Assembly: GCA_965209055.1 (NCBI GenBank)
Contig: OZ242374.1
Coordinates: forward strand, 1,376,001 to 1,440,000
From: Acidobacteriota bacterium
GTDB lineage: Bacteria; Acidobacteriota; UBA6911; RPQK01; JAJDTT01
Length of the DNA: 64,000 nt
Direction of reading: 5' to 3'
A program made the position numbers and the translations under genes. Within the stretch, counting starts at the first letter, position 1. Each line of letters begins with the position of its first letter. This document shows positions 19,114 through 27,891 of this stretch, piece by piece. The notes beneath the pieces were generated by a model. It was given only the letters and a program-made list of their open reading frames with translations. It made no database searches and was not told the origin of the DNA.

Positions 19114-20012
19114 GGCTTCTTCGCGCCTGGGATCGAGGCTTTGCCGGCAGTCCCCAACCCCCGTTTCTGGGCCTGCCATCGCTGTTCCATCTCCTCCGGC
19201 TCCACTTCCGCCAGCGGCCGGCCCTGTCCGGCGAAGTGCTCTTCCATGATTCGGTAGCGGCGGGAAAATTTTCGGTTGGCCCGGCTCAGGGAAGTTTCCG
19301 GGTCGACCTGGAGAAAACGAGCCACGTTGATGGCGGCAAAGAGAAAATCACCGATTTCTTCCCGGATCTCCGCTTCGTTCCGCTCGCGGACGGCGGCCGA
19401 CAACTCCTGGAACTCCTCCATGACCTTGTCTCCCAAGGCCTCGAGACTCGGCCAATCGAAGCCCACCCGCGCGGCCTTGGCCGACATCTGATAGGTAGCG
19501 TATATGGCAGGCAGCCGATCCGGCAAGGAGTCCAATGGAGACTTCCGATCCTCGTCCTGGCCCTGGTCCTCCTTCTCGGCGGCCTTGATCCGTTCCCATT
19601 CCCTCAACAACTCGCCACTCGATTCGAAGCGAGCCTGCCCGAATACGTGGGGATGCCGGCGGACCATCTTCTGGTGGATGTTCCTGCAGACGTCGTCGAT
19701 ATCGAACTCGCCTCTCTCCTTGGCGATCCGGCTATGAAAGACGATCTGAAGCAACAGGTCTCCCAACTCGTCGCACAGCGCCGCTGGAGACGACCAATCC
19801 AACGCCTCCAGGACCTCGTAGCTCTCTTCGATCAACATGGCCTTGAGGGTTTCAGGCGTCTGCTCCTGATCCCACGGGCATCCACCGGGCCCCCTCAGCG
19901 TATCCATCAGCTCCACGAGCTTTCGAAAATGGGGATGGCGGACCGGATTCCCGGTGTCGTTGTCATCGGACGGTTCTGAACGGACCGCGTTTGCCGGATC
20001 GAACGCCGTCAA
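19110..20012 (-). CDS. mazG: Nucleoside triphosphate pyrophosphohydrolase MazG
   Basis: GCPWDQEQT, EESYE, DELGDLLLQIVFH, KMVRRHPHVF, GFDW and EEIGD. Probable TTG start overlapping the rng stop. Confidence 0.93.
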   Translation of the reverse strand: MTAFDPANAVRSEPSDDNDTGNPVRHPHFRKLVELMDTLRGPGGCPWDQEQTPETLKAMLIEESYEVLEALDWSSPAALCDELGDLLLQIVFHSRIAKERGEFDIDDVCRNIHQKMVRRHPHVFGQARFESSGELLREWERIKAAEKEDQGQDEDRKSPLDSLPDRLPAIYATYQMSAKAARVGFDWPSLEALGDKVMEEFQELSAAVRERNEAEIREEIGDFLFAAINVARFLQVDPETSLSRANRKFSRRYRIMEEHFAGQGRPLAEVEPEEMEQRWQAQKRGLGTAGKASIPGAKKP

Positions 20013-21823
20013 TTTCCAATCACCTCGAACTGTTCGATGGAAAGCAACGGGTCCGTCTTGACCCGAACTTTCTGCCCCGTCAGCTTTTTGATCTCCTTGA
20101 GCACCAGGTTCTCTCCCCCCCGCAGCGCCTTCCCGATCTCCGGATGGCAACGAATGGTCATCGACTTGGCGTCCGGAGAAAGGGGAAGCATCTTGTGCAC
20201 CTGGTGATGAACGGAGTAGCAGACGGTGCGGACGGAACGGGTCAGGCCGGTGCCCTCACAGACCGCGCACCTTTGGGAGAGCGTCCTCTCCAGGGACTGT
20301 TTGTCCCGTTTCCGGGTCAGCGCCACCAACCCGAACTCGTTGAAATCGAGCACCTTGAATGGAGCCTTGTCCTTGGACAACTCCCTGCGGAGCGCCTCCA
20401 GGACCTGCCGCTGGTTTGCGCTGTCGGACATGTCGATGAAATCGATGATGATGATTCCGCCGATATTGCGGAGGCGGATCTGGCGGGCCAGCTCCTTGAC
20501 CACTTCCAGGTTGGTCCTGGTAATGGTGTCTTCCAGAGAATCGGTCTTGCCGACGTAGCGGCCGGTGTTGACGTCGATAGCGACCAGCGCCTCGGTCTGA
20601 TTGATCACGATGTGACCGCCGCTCTTCAACCAGACTTTCGGGCGCAACGCCTTTTCGATCTCTGCGTCGATCCCGTAATCCTGGAGAATATCCGAGTCCT
20701 TGGGGTAGAGCTTGATTCGCGAGGCCAAGTCGGGACTCAGACGGCGAACCATCTCCAAGGTTCTCTCGTACTCCTCCTCGTCGTCGATATGGACTTGGCG
20801 AAAGTCCGCGGAAAGGTAGTCTCGCACCACCCGTTCCGAAAGGCTCGGCTCGGCGTAGACCTGCGCCGGCGCCGCCATCCGCTGACCCTCCCTCCTGACT
20901 CGGTCCCAGAGCTGGGTGAGATATTCCATATCACGACGCAACTCCTCCTTCGAATGGTTCTCCGCCACCGTTCGTACGATGAAGCCGCCCTTGGTGAAAT
21001 CGCGCCGCAATTCACGGATCAGCCTCTTCAGACGCCGGCGTTCCTCATCGGACACGATTCGCCGGGACACACCGACGTGGCTGACAGTTGGCATATAGAC
21101 CAGATACCGGCCGGGAAATGCCACGTGGGAGGTGATCCGGGCCCCCTTCCGGCCGATCGGCTCCTTGGACACCTGAACCAGAATCTCCTGGTTTTCCTGA
21201 AGCATCCTGCCGATGGACTGATGAGTTGCATTTCCGGCGCCTCGCCGCTCACGGCTCCGATTTCTCCGGCTCGATTTTCCGGACGCACCGTTGGACTTGC
21301 CACCGCCGGACCCGCCGGCGCCTCGCGAAGGAGAGTCGAATCCGCTCAACCACTCGGGAAGAATCGTGGGAGACCAGCCCGCAGCAGCTCTGCCCGTGCC
21401 AACGGGTTCCGCGCCGATCCCGGAATCGACGGAGATTCGCGACGGGAGAATAGACGTCCGGCCCGATCCCTCCCACGAGATCTCATTCCGGCCGTCATCG
21501 GCCCCAAGCGATTCGGCAACTGCCCCTCGACCTTCGGTCGCCGCCCAGTCGGCGTCCGCTTGCGAGTCGAAACCCGCTTCGACACCGGGATAATTCTCTT
21601 CAAGAAAATCCGAGACGAAAAGAAATGCGCCGCGGCCCAGGCCGATGTCCACAAAGGCCGCCTGCATACCGGGCACGATCTTGCTCACGCGGCCCTTGTA
21701 GATGTTGCCCAGTATGCCCCGGGTCCTTTCCCTCTCGATGAAGACCTCCACCACCTGACCGTCTTCCAGGAGTGCGATCGTCATCTCGAGCGGAGTCGAG
21801 CCGATGATGAGTTCCTTGATCAT
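20009..21823 (-). CDS. rng: Rne/Rng family ribonuclease (RNase G-like)
   Basis: GNIYKGRV, PGMQAAFVDIG, KEPIGRKGAR, IDVNTG and RLRNIGGIIIIDFIDM. Downstream of rodA. Confidence 0.92.
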   Translation of the reverse strand: MIKELIIGSTPLEMTIALLEDGQVVEVFIERERTRGILGNIYKGRVSKIVPGMQAAFVDIGLGRGAFLFVSDFLEENYPGVEAGFDSQADADWAATEGRGAVAESLGADDGRNEISWEGSGRTSILPSRISVDSGIGAEPVGTGRAAAGWSPTILPEWLSGFDSPSRGAGGSGGGKSNGASGKSSRRNRSRERRGAGNATHQSIGRMLQENQEILVQVSKEPIGRKGARITSHVAFPGRYLVYMPTVSHVGVSRRIVSDEERRRLKRLIRELRRDFTKGGFIVRTVAENHSKEELRRDMEYLTQLWDRVRREGQRMAAPAQVYAEPSLSERVVRDYLSADFRQVHIDDEEEYERTLEMVRRLSPDLASRIKLYPKDSDILQDYGIDAEIEKALRPKVWLKSGGHIVINQTEALVAIDVNTGRYVGKTDSLEDTITRTNLEVVKELARQIRLRNIGGIIIIDFIDMSDSANQRQVLEALRRELSKDKAPFKVLDFNEFGLVALTRKRDKQSLERTLSQRCAVCEGTGLTRSVRTVCYSVHHQVHKMLPLSPDAKSMTIRCHPEIGKALRGGENLVLKEIKKLTGQKVRVKTDPLLSIEQFEVIGN

Positions 21824-21999
21824 TGCACCCTCGGGAGACGATCCCGCGGTGGGACCGGTGAACGAAAACGCCGTCATCCGGCGGGCGCCGGCGCAGCCGG
21901 CCCCGGCGCAGCCTCTTGCGCGCGCCCATTATACCTTCAACCCTGGCGTCTCCGTCCTTTTCGCCGGATGACACGAGTTCCGTTCGATGACTTCAGGTA

Positions 22000-22083
22000 A
22001 AGGAGCGGCGGTTTCCTAACCGCCGAACTCCGGTGTGACAAACTTGGCGACGAAGATTGGGCGATTGGAAATCGCCCCTCCTT
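22000..22083. repeat. Inverted REP-like doublet (REPIN/BIME-like)
   Basis: AAGGAGCGGCGGTTTCCTAACCGCC (22000-22024) and, on the opposite strand, AAGGAGGGGCGATTTCCAATCGCCC (22083-22059). Each unit is itself a short hairpin. Confidence 0.6.
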
Positions 22084-22115
22084 GCGCGGCGGCGGGGCGG
22101 CAACCGGCCGGCGGA

Positions 22116-23201
22116 TCAGTTCACGTAACTCTGAGACTGGGCGCTGAGGGCGACGCCCAGAGCCGAGAAGGTGACGATGGTGAATGAGCCGCCGTAGCTG
22201 AGAAGAGGAAGGGGGATGCCGATGGGCGGCAACAGTCCAAGCGCCATTCCCACGTTCACCAGAACGTGGGAAGAGATCATGCTGACCACGCCTGTGACCA
22301 CCAGAATCACGGTCCTGTCGCGCGCCTCGGCAGCGATGCGAATCAGCCTCATCAGAACCAACAGATACAACAGCAAAATGACTCCGGCGCCGACCAGACC
22401 GGTCTCTTCGGCCAGAAGCGCGAAAATGAAATCGGAGTGAATTTCCGGGACAAAACCGAAATGGCTCTGGCTACCCTGACCGATTCCTCTGCCGAGAACG
22501 CCACCCGAACCGATGGCGATCTGGGATTGCCGGGTCTGGTATCCGATCCCCTGAGGGTCCAGTTCAGGATCGAGCGTGGTCAGGATTCGCTGCTTCTGAT
22601 AGTCCTTCAGGTAGATCCACACGGCGGGAGAGGCGCACAGAATGGCGACCATGGACCAGACCAGGACCCTTTTGCACAGGCCCGCCACCACAACGATGCC
22701 CAGGACGATCGGCAGGTACATGAGCGCAGTTCCCAGATCGCCTTGAAGAACGACGAGAACCACGGGAACCAACGTCAGAAACCCCACTTTCAGAAGATGC
22801 CACATGCCGGGATGCCGCCGGTTCAAGCCGGCCAAGGATTTCGCAAGGGTCAAGAGGACCGCCAGCTTCCCCATCTCGGACGGCTGAATTTGAATCGGAC
22901 CCAGGACCAGCCAGCTCCGGCTGCCGTTGATTTCGGAACCGTAGAGCAGCACCAGAACCAGGAGCACCAGGCCTCCGCAGTACCAGATCGGAGCGTAGTC
23001 CGTATACAAACGGTAATCCAGGCTGACCAGAACCCCACAGACGCCGATCCCCAGGGCAATCCAGATGAGTTGCCGGATAAAGAGCCCGCTGGAGCCAAGT
23101 TCCGCAGCGCTGTAGACGCCCACGCCCCCAATCAGCGAGAGCGCCAATACCAGAACCAACAAAACGGGGTCCAGGCCGGTGCGAATACGACGCCGTATCA
23201 T
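22116..23201 (-). CDS. rodA: Rod shape-determining protein RodA (SEDS)
   Basis: Polytopic membrane protein with IQPSEMGK, QGDLGT, GYQ...AIGSGG, PEIHSDFIF and GIPLPLLSYGGS. Follows mrdA. Confidence 0.95.
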   Translation of the reverse strand: MIRRRIRTGLDPVLLVLVLALSLIGGVGVYSAAELGSSGLFIRQLIWIALGIGVCGVLVSLDYRLYTDYAPIWYCGGLVLLVLVLLYGSEINGSRSWLVLGPIQIQPSEMGKLAVLLTLAKSLAGLNRRHPGMWHLLKVGFLTLVPVVLVVLQGDLGTALMYLPIVLGIVVVAGLCKRVLVWSMVAILCASPAVWIYLKDYQKQRILTTLDPELDPQGIGYQTRQSQIAIGSGGVLGRGIGQGSQSHFGFVPEIHSDFIFALLAEETGLVGAGVILLLYLLVLMRLIRIAAEARDRTVILVVTGVVSMISSHVLVNVGMALGLLPPIGIPLPLLSYGGSFTIVTFSALGVALSAQSQSYVN

Positions 23202-23207
23202 GGGATC

Positions 23208-25025
23208 CTACTGCCTCGCCATTTCCCCGACCCTGTCCGGCCTCCGTTTGTCGTGGAACACCTGCAGTACCTTCGCCGCAATCGGAGCGGCGACGGCTCC
23301 GCCCGAGCCGCCGGCTTCAACCAGGACGACCACGGCGACCTCAGGGAACTTCTGGGGAGCAAAACCCACAAACCAGGCATTGGCAGTGAATCGGGAGGCC
23401 TGGGCCTCGTCGAGCTTCGAAAGGCCCGCCTGGCCGATGGTTTGCGCCGTCCCCGTCTTCCCGCACACGTCGAAGCCGTTGACCTGAGCGGCGCGTCCCG
23501 TGCCATACCGATTCACAACTTCCCACATGGCTTCCCGCAACAGATCGAGATTGTCACTGGAAATCTCGATCGCGGACGCGTTTCCTGCCGGCCGGCGCCT
23601 GGGAGCCTGGTCCCGGGCCAGATGCAGGGGAGCGGCAGATCCGGTGGCCAGGATACCGACCATCCGGGCCAGTTGAAGCGGCGTCAGGTGGACCGGGCCC
23701 TGACCGATGGAGACGGAAACGGTTTCCCCTCGATACCACTTCTCCCGCAAGGTCCGCCGTTTCCATTCCTTGGACGGGACCAATCCGGCAACCTCCCCCA
23801 CCAGGTCGATTCCGGTGGGCCGGTCGAGGCCGATGGCCTGTCCAAAGCCGGAGATCAGATCGATGCCCAGGGTCTTTCCGAGCTGGTAAAAGTACACATT
23901 GCAAGAGCTGCGGATCGCTTCCCGAAGCGACACCGGGCCATGCCCCTCCTTCTTCCAGCAGCGGAAATGGTGCCCGTACAGAGTCACTCCGCCGCCGCAA
24001 ACGTGGGGCCGGTTCGGATCCACATCTCCCCATTCCAGACCGGCGAGCGCCACGACCAGCTTGAAGACCGATCCCGGAGCAAACGTACTCTGGAGCGCCC
24101 GGTTCTGGAGTGGATGGTGTTCGTCTCCGACGAGGCGGTCCCATTCGCTCCGGCTGATGCGGGCTGCGAACCGGTTCGGGTCGAAAGCCGGCTGGCTCAC
24201 CATGGCCAGAATCTCGCCGTTTCGGGGATCGAAGGCGACAACCACTCCCCGCCGTCCGCCGAGTTGTTCTTCCGCCGTCATCTGCAGGTCGAGGTCAAGC
24301 GTGAGCTCAAGCGCGGCTCCCTCCTCGGGTGGAACCTGGCCCAACTCGTCGATGGTGCGCCCCAGGCTGTCGACGAGAATCTTACGGGTTCCGTTCCGGC
24401 CGGCCAGATGACGATTGTAGACCCATTCTACAGCATACTTGCCGACGATGTCCCCGGCCTTGAATTCGGAAAACTCCGTGGTCTCCAACTGGCCCCGCGA
24501 CGCCTCGCCCACATAACCCAGGACATGCGCGGCCAATTCTCCGTGCGGATACGACCGTCTCGGTTCGGACAGAATGTCCAACTCCGGATGCTCGCCCTTC
24601 CGGGAGAGGAGATAGGCCACCTCCGCCATGGTCAGGCTCTTTTTGACCACCAGCGGCTGGTAAGGGGAATAGCCGTCGGTCTCGGCGAAGCGTTGCTCCA
24701 GACGCTTTCTGTCAAGACCAAGACCCTGGACCAGATAGTCCACGGTGGCCTCCAAATCCGATGCCTCGCTCCGATAACAGACCAAGCTGAACGAGTTCGC
24801 GCTGCTCGCCAATACCCGTCCTTCGCGATCGTAGATCACTCCGCGGGGGGCCCGGATGGGGATGTTACGGGCGCGGTTGCGCTCCGCCGCCACGCTATGT
24901 TGGGTGAAATCGACGACGGTCAGGTGCCAAAGCTTCAGGAAAAGCCCCAGAAACAAAACCACGAGAAGCCGCTGAATCCATTTGAGGCGAAGCCGGCAGA
25001 GCGAATTGTCCTGATAGATGGGCAT
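23208..25025 (-). CDS. mrdA: Penicillin-binding protein 2
   Basis: APRGVIYDR, SxxK (GSVFK), SxN (SCN) and KTG. Alternative start at 25052. Confidence 0.95.
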   Translation of the reverse strand: MPIYQDNSLCRLRLKWIQRLLVVLFLGLFLKLWHLTVVDFTQHSVAAERNRARNIPIRAPRGVIYDREGRVLASSANSFSLVCYRSEASDLEATVDYLVQGLGLDRKRLEQRFAETDGYSPYQPLVVKKSLTMAEVAYLLSRKGEHPELDILSEPRRSYPHGELAAHVLGYVGEASRGQLETTEFSEFKAGDIVGKYAVEWVYNRHLAGRNGTRKILVDSLGRTIDELGQVPPEEGAALELTLDLDLQMTAEEQLGGRRGVVVAFDPRNGEILAMVSQPAFDPNRFAARISRSEWDRLVGDEHHPLQNRALQSTFAPGSVFKLVVALAGLEWGDVDPNRPHVCGGGVTLYGHHFRCWKKEGHGPVSLREAIRSSCNVYFYQLGKTLGIDLISGFGQAIGLDRPTGIDLVGEVAGLVPSKEWKRRTLREKWYRGETVSVSIGQGPVHLTPLQLARMVGILATGSAAPLHLARDQAPRRRPAGNASAIEISSDNLDLLREAMWEVVNRYGTGRAAQVNGFDVCGKTGTAQTIGQAGLSKLDEAQASRFTANAWFVGFAPQKFPEVAVVVLVEAGGSGGAVAAPIAAKVLQVFHDKRRPDRVGEMARQ

Positions 25026-25123
25026 GACTAGCGATGCACCTCCAGCCACCATTGGCGAAAGCCGTCAACGGTTGCCCGGGGACTGCTGCGCCTGGACTGC
25101 CCTGCCCTGCCCAAAGGGATCTC

Positions 25124-25693
25124 CTAGAAAGGATCTTCCTCGACCATCGGGTTCCGGGTGAAATCCTTGGGAGGAAACTTGATCCGATCGTAACCGCGAA
25201 AAACGAAGACTCCGGCCACCGCCGCAACACAACTGCGAATAGCGACGAACGACACCGAGCTATCCGGCAACGGCTGGCTGAGTAGGTCCAAGATAGCAAC
25301 CATGAGAACCGTGTCAAGGGCAGCGGCCGCCGCCAACAACAACATGCGCCCGAGAACGCCTTCCGCCGCCGCCCTCACGCGTAGCAGGCCAACCAGGTAT
25401 CCGATCAGGGTCTTGCTCAAGCCATTGAGCCCCAGGAGAGTCCCGACCAGCAAATCGGACAGCAGACCGAAAGATGTGCCCCAGAACGCCCCCTTGGCCG
25501 CCGTCGAATGCATGGCCAGATACAGAACCAGTATCAGCGGAAGATCGAAGTAACGCCGTAAATCCGGCAGCGTCCGGCTGAGCAGGATTTCGAAGCCTCC
25601 TGCGAGCAGGAGCAGAATAAGAATCTCGGTTCGGGAAAATCGGGCTTGCAGAGGGGCCCAACTTGACTCGGGGGCGGGTCGCGGACGCTTCAA
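25124..25693 (-). CDS. mreD: Rod shape-determining protein MreD
   Basis: Hydrophobic protein with GLLSDLL...LGLNGL, lying between mreC and mrdA. Confidence 0.85.
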   Translation of the reverse strand: MKRPRPAPESSWAPLQARFSRTEILILLLLAGGFEILLSRTLPDLRRYFDLPLILVLYLAMHSTAAKGAFWGTSFGLLSDLLVGTLLGLNGLSKTLIGYLVGLLRVRAAAEGVLGRMLLLAAAAALDTVLMVAILDLLSQPLPDSSVSFVAIRSCVAAVAGVFVFRGYDRIKFPPKDFTRNPMVEEDPF

Positions 25694-26499
25694 GGCAAAC
25701 GTGCGACGAGAACTTCCTCAACCTTGGCAAAATCGACGAAGGGCTCGACCTTGATGTTGCGATGGACCATTTCCCCTTTCTCTGAGGTCACGACGCGGCC
25801 GACCGGAATGCCTTTGGGATAGATCCGGTCGGTCCCGGAAGTGTAGACCAACTCCCCGACATCCACCGACTCGTGATTGGGGATGAATTTCCACTCGAGG
25901 AGATCGCTTCCGTCGCCTTGGAGCACGCCTTGCAGCCGGGAGTCGGCCAGCATGGCGCCGGCCGAAGCACCCCGGTTGGTCACCAGTTCCACCTCCGAGC
26001 TCATGGGTGTGGTCGCCACAACGCGCCCGATGATGCCGGACAGGCCGATGACCGCCAGGTTCCGCTTGACGCCATGGCGGGTCCCGACGTTGATGCCGAG
26101 ACGACGACTGAAGAAGGGAGCGGTCTTCCAGATAATGGTGGCCATCGTGGTTTCGAAAAGATACTGCCGGGCGAGGATCTGGAGTTCGGTGCTGCGGCCC
26201 AGCATCGACTGAACGCTCTTGAGCTGCGCGTTCTCAAGGCGAAGCCTGACGACCTCCGCCTCCAATTCCTCGTTCCGCTCCTGAACTCCGAAGAGAATCA
26301 CATAGCGATTCAGCGCTCCCTCGATACTGTCGGCCGCCGCCGACACCGCCAGCGCGAGAGGGGAGATCACGGCCACCCCCAGGGTCCTCAGCAGCGTATG
26401 GCCGTCGGGATTCCGCACCTGCGCCGAGATCAGCACCAAATGCAATACGACCGCCAAGATGACCAGAGGCAGTGATTTCCGTTCAGCCAGCCAACTCAT
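25690..26499 (-). CDS. mreC: Rod shape-determining protein MreC
   Basis: TM segment plus coiled coil, GIIGRV, and TSGTDRIYPKGIPVG. Confidence 0.92.
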   Translation of the reverse strand: MSWLAERKSLPLVILAVVLHLVLISAQVRNPDGHTLLRTLGVAVISPLALAVSAAADSIEGALNRYVILFGVQERNEELEAEVVRLRLENAQLKSVQSMLGRSTELQILARQYLFETTMATIIWKTAPFFSRRLGINVGTRHGVKRNLAVIGLSGIIGRVVATTPMSSEVELVTNRGASAGAMLADSRLQGVLQGDGSDLLEWKFIPNHESVDVGELVYTSGTDRIYPKGIPVGRVVTSEKGEMVHRNIKVEPFVDFAKVEEVLVARLP

Positions 26500-26673
26500 T
26501 CAGCAGTCCGTGATGAAGGTCCCGCCGGCACCGGGACCGTGGCTGCGCCCATCCGGACAAGGCGCTCTTACCAAGTATATCGGGAGAATGTGACCGGGGC
26601 GAAACGCGTCGCCCCCGGGACGCCCGCGCGGGAGAATGCCGTGACGACTCTTGCCGGGAGCTGCAGGAGATGC

Positions 26674-27696
26674 TCAGGAACTGATCCTCCTCAAGAGCTC
26701 GATGTCCTCGAGCATCTTTCCGGTCCCGATGGCGACAGAGGAGAGCGGATTCTCGGCCACATAGACGGGCAGGCCCGTCTCCAGGACGATTCGTTGATCC
26801 ATCTTCTGGAGCAGCGCGCCCCCTCCGGTCAAGATGATTCCCGTGTCCGATATGTCGGCGGACAATTCGGGCGGCGTCCTCTCCAGGGCGACTCGGACCG
26901 CATTCACGATGGCCACCATGGAGTCGGCCAACGCCTCGCGAATCTCCTCGTCGGTGACGGTCACGGTCTTGGGAATTCCCTCGATGAGATTCCGTCCCTT
27001 CACCTCCGCGGTGATGGGATCCGGCAGTTCGGCCGCCGATCCGAGCTGGATCTTCACTCGCTCGGCCGTCCGTTCACCGATGAGCAGGTTGTGCTTTCGC
27101 TTGATGTACTGAATGATGGCCTCGTCCATTTCGTTTCCCGCCACCCTGACGGAACGGCTGTGGACGATCCCCGCAAGGCTGATGACGGCGATGTCGGTGG
27201 TCCCGCCGCCGATGTCGACGATCATGTTCCCGTTCGGCTCGGTAATGGGAAGACCGGCTCCGATGGCCGCCGCCATCGCTTCCTCCACCAGATAGACCTC
27301 GCTGGCCTTCGCGCGGAGCGCAGATTCGCGAACCGCCCGCTTTTCCACCTGTGTGATCTCGGAAGGGATGCAAATGATGATCCGGGGACTCAGCAGAAAA
27401 CTCCTGTTCTGAGCCTTTCTGATGAAATAACGGAGCATTTCCTCGGTCACGTCGAAGTCGGCGATGACCCCATCCTTCATGGGCTTGATGGCGACGATGT
27501 TGCCCGGCGTCCTCCCCAGCATCTCCTTGGCGTCAGTCCCAACGGCTTCCACTTTGTTCGTGAACTTGTTGATGGCGACGATGGAAGGTTCGTCGACAAC
27601 CACTCCCTTCCCCCGCGCGAAGACGAGAGTATTTGCCGTGCCCAGATCAATGGCCAAATCGTGGGAAAAGGATTTGAACAGGGAACGAAAGATCAT
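26674..27696 (-). CDS. mreB: Rod shape-determining protein MreB
   Basis: AIDLGTANT, DGVIADF, DIGGGTT, ERTPPEL and LTGGGALL. Confidence 0.97.
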   Translation of the reverse strand: MIFRSLFKSFSHDLAIDLGTANTLVFARGKGVVVDEPSIVAINKFTNKVEAVGTDAKEMLGRTPGNIVAIKPMKDGVIADFDVTEEMLRYFIRKAQNRSFLLSPRIIICIPSEITQVEKRAVRESALRAKASEVYLVEEAMAAAIGAGLPITEPNGNMIVDIGGGTTDIAVISLAGIVHSRSVRVAGNEMDEAIIQYIKRKHNLLIGERTAERVKIQLGSAAELPDPITAEVKGRNLIEGIPKTVTVTDEEIREALADSMVAIVNAVRVALERTPPELSADISDTGIILTGGGALLQKMDQRIVLETGLPVYVAENPLSSVAIGTGKMLEDIELLRRISS

Positions 27697-27891
27697 AGGC
27701 CCCTATTGCTCCTCGAAATTCAGCGGGACCACACCGTCAGCCATGGCAGTCCCGTTTCGCTGTCGTCCATTATCGGACGCCGCCGGTTTTTACCGCAAGA
27801 AAACTCTCTCCGGAGACCGCGTAGCAGTATCCGCCTCATGTTATAATCGGCGACTGACGCAAACCTGATTCGGGGGCTGACGGAGGACTGG

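Noticed and set aside
22266-25031. Long antisense or overlapping ORFs (e.g. 22266-25031 +, 34010-36187 +, 59067-61466 -, 19991-22000 +)
   Set aside because: These are shadow frames opposite well-supported genes, expected at high GC, and carry no recognisable motifs.
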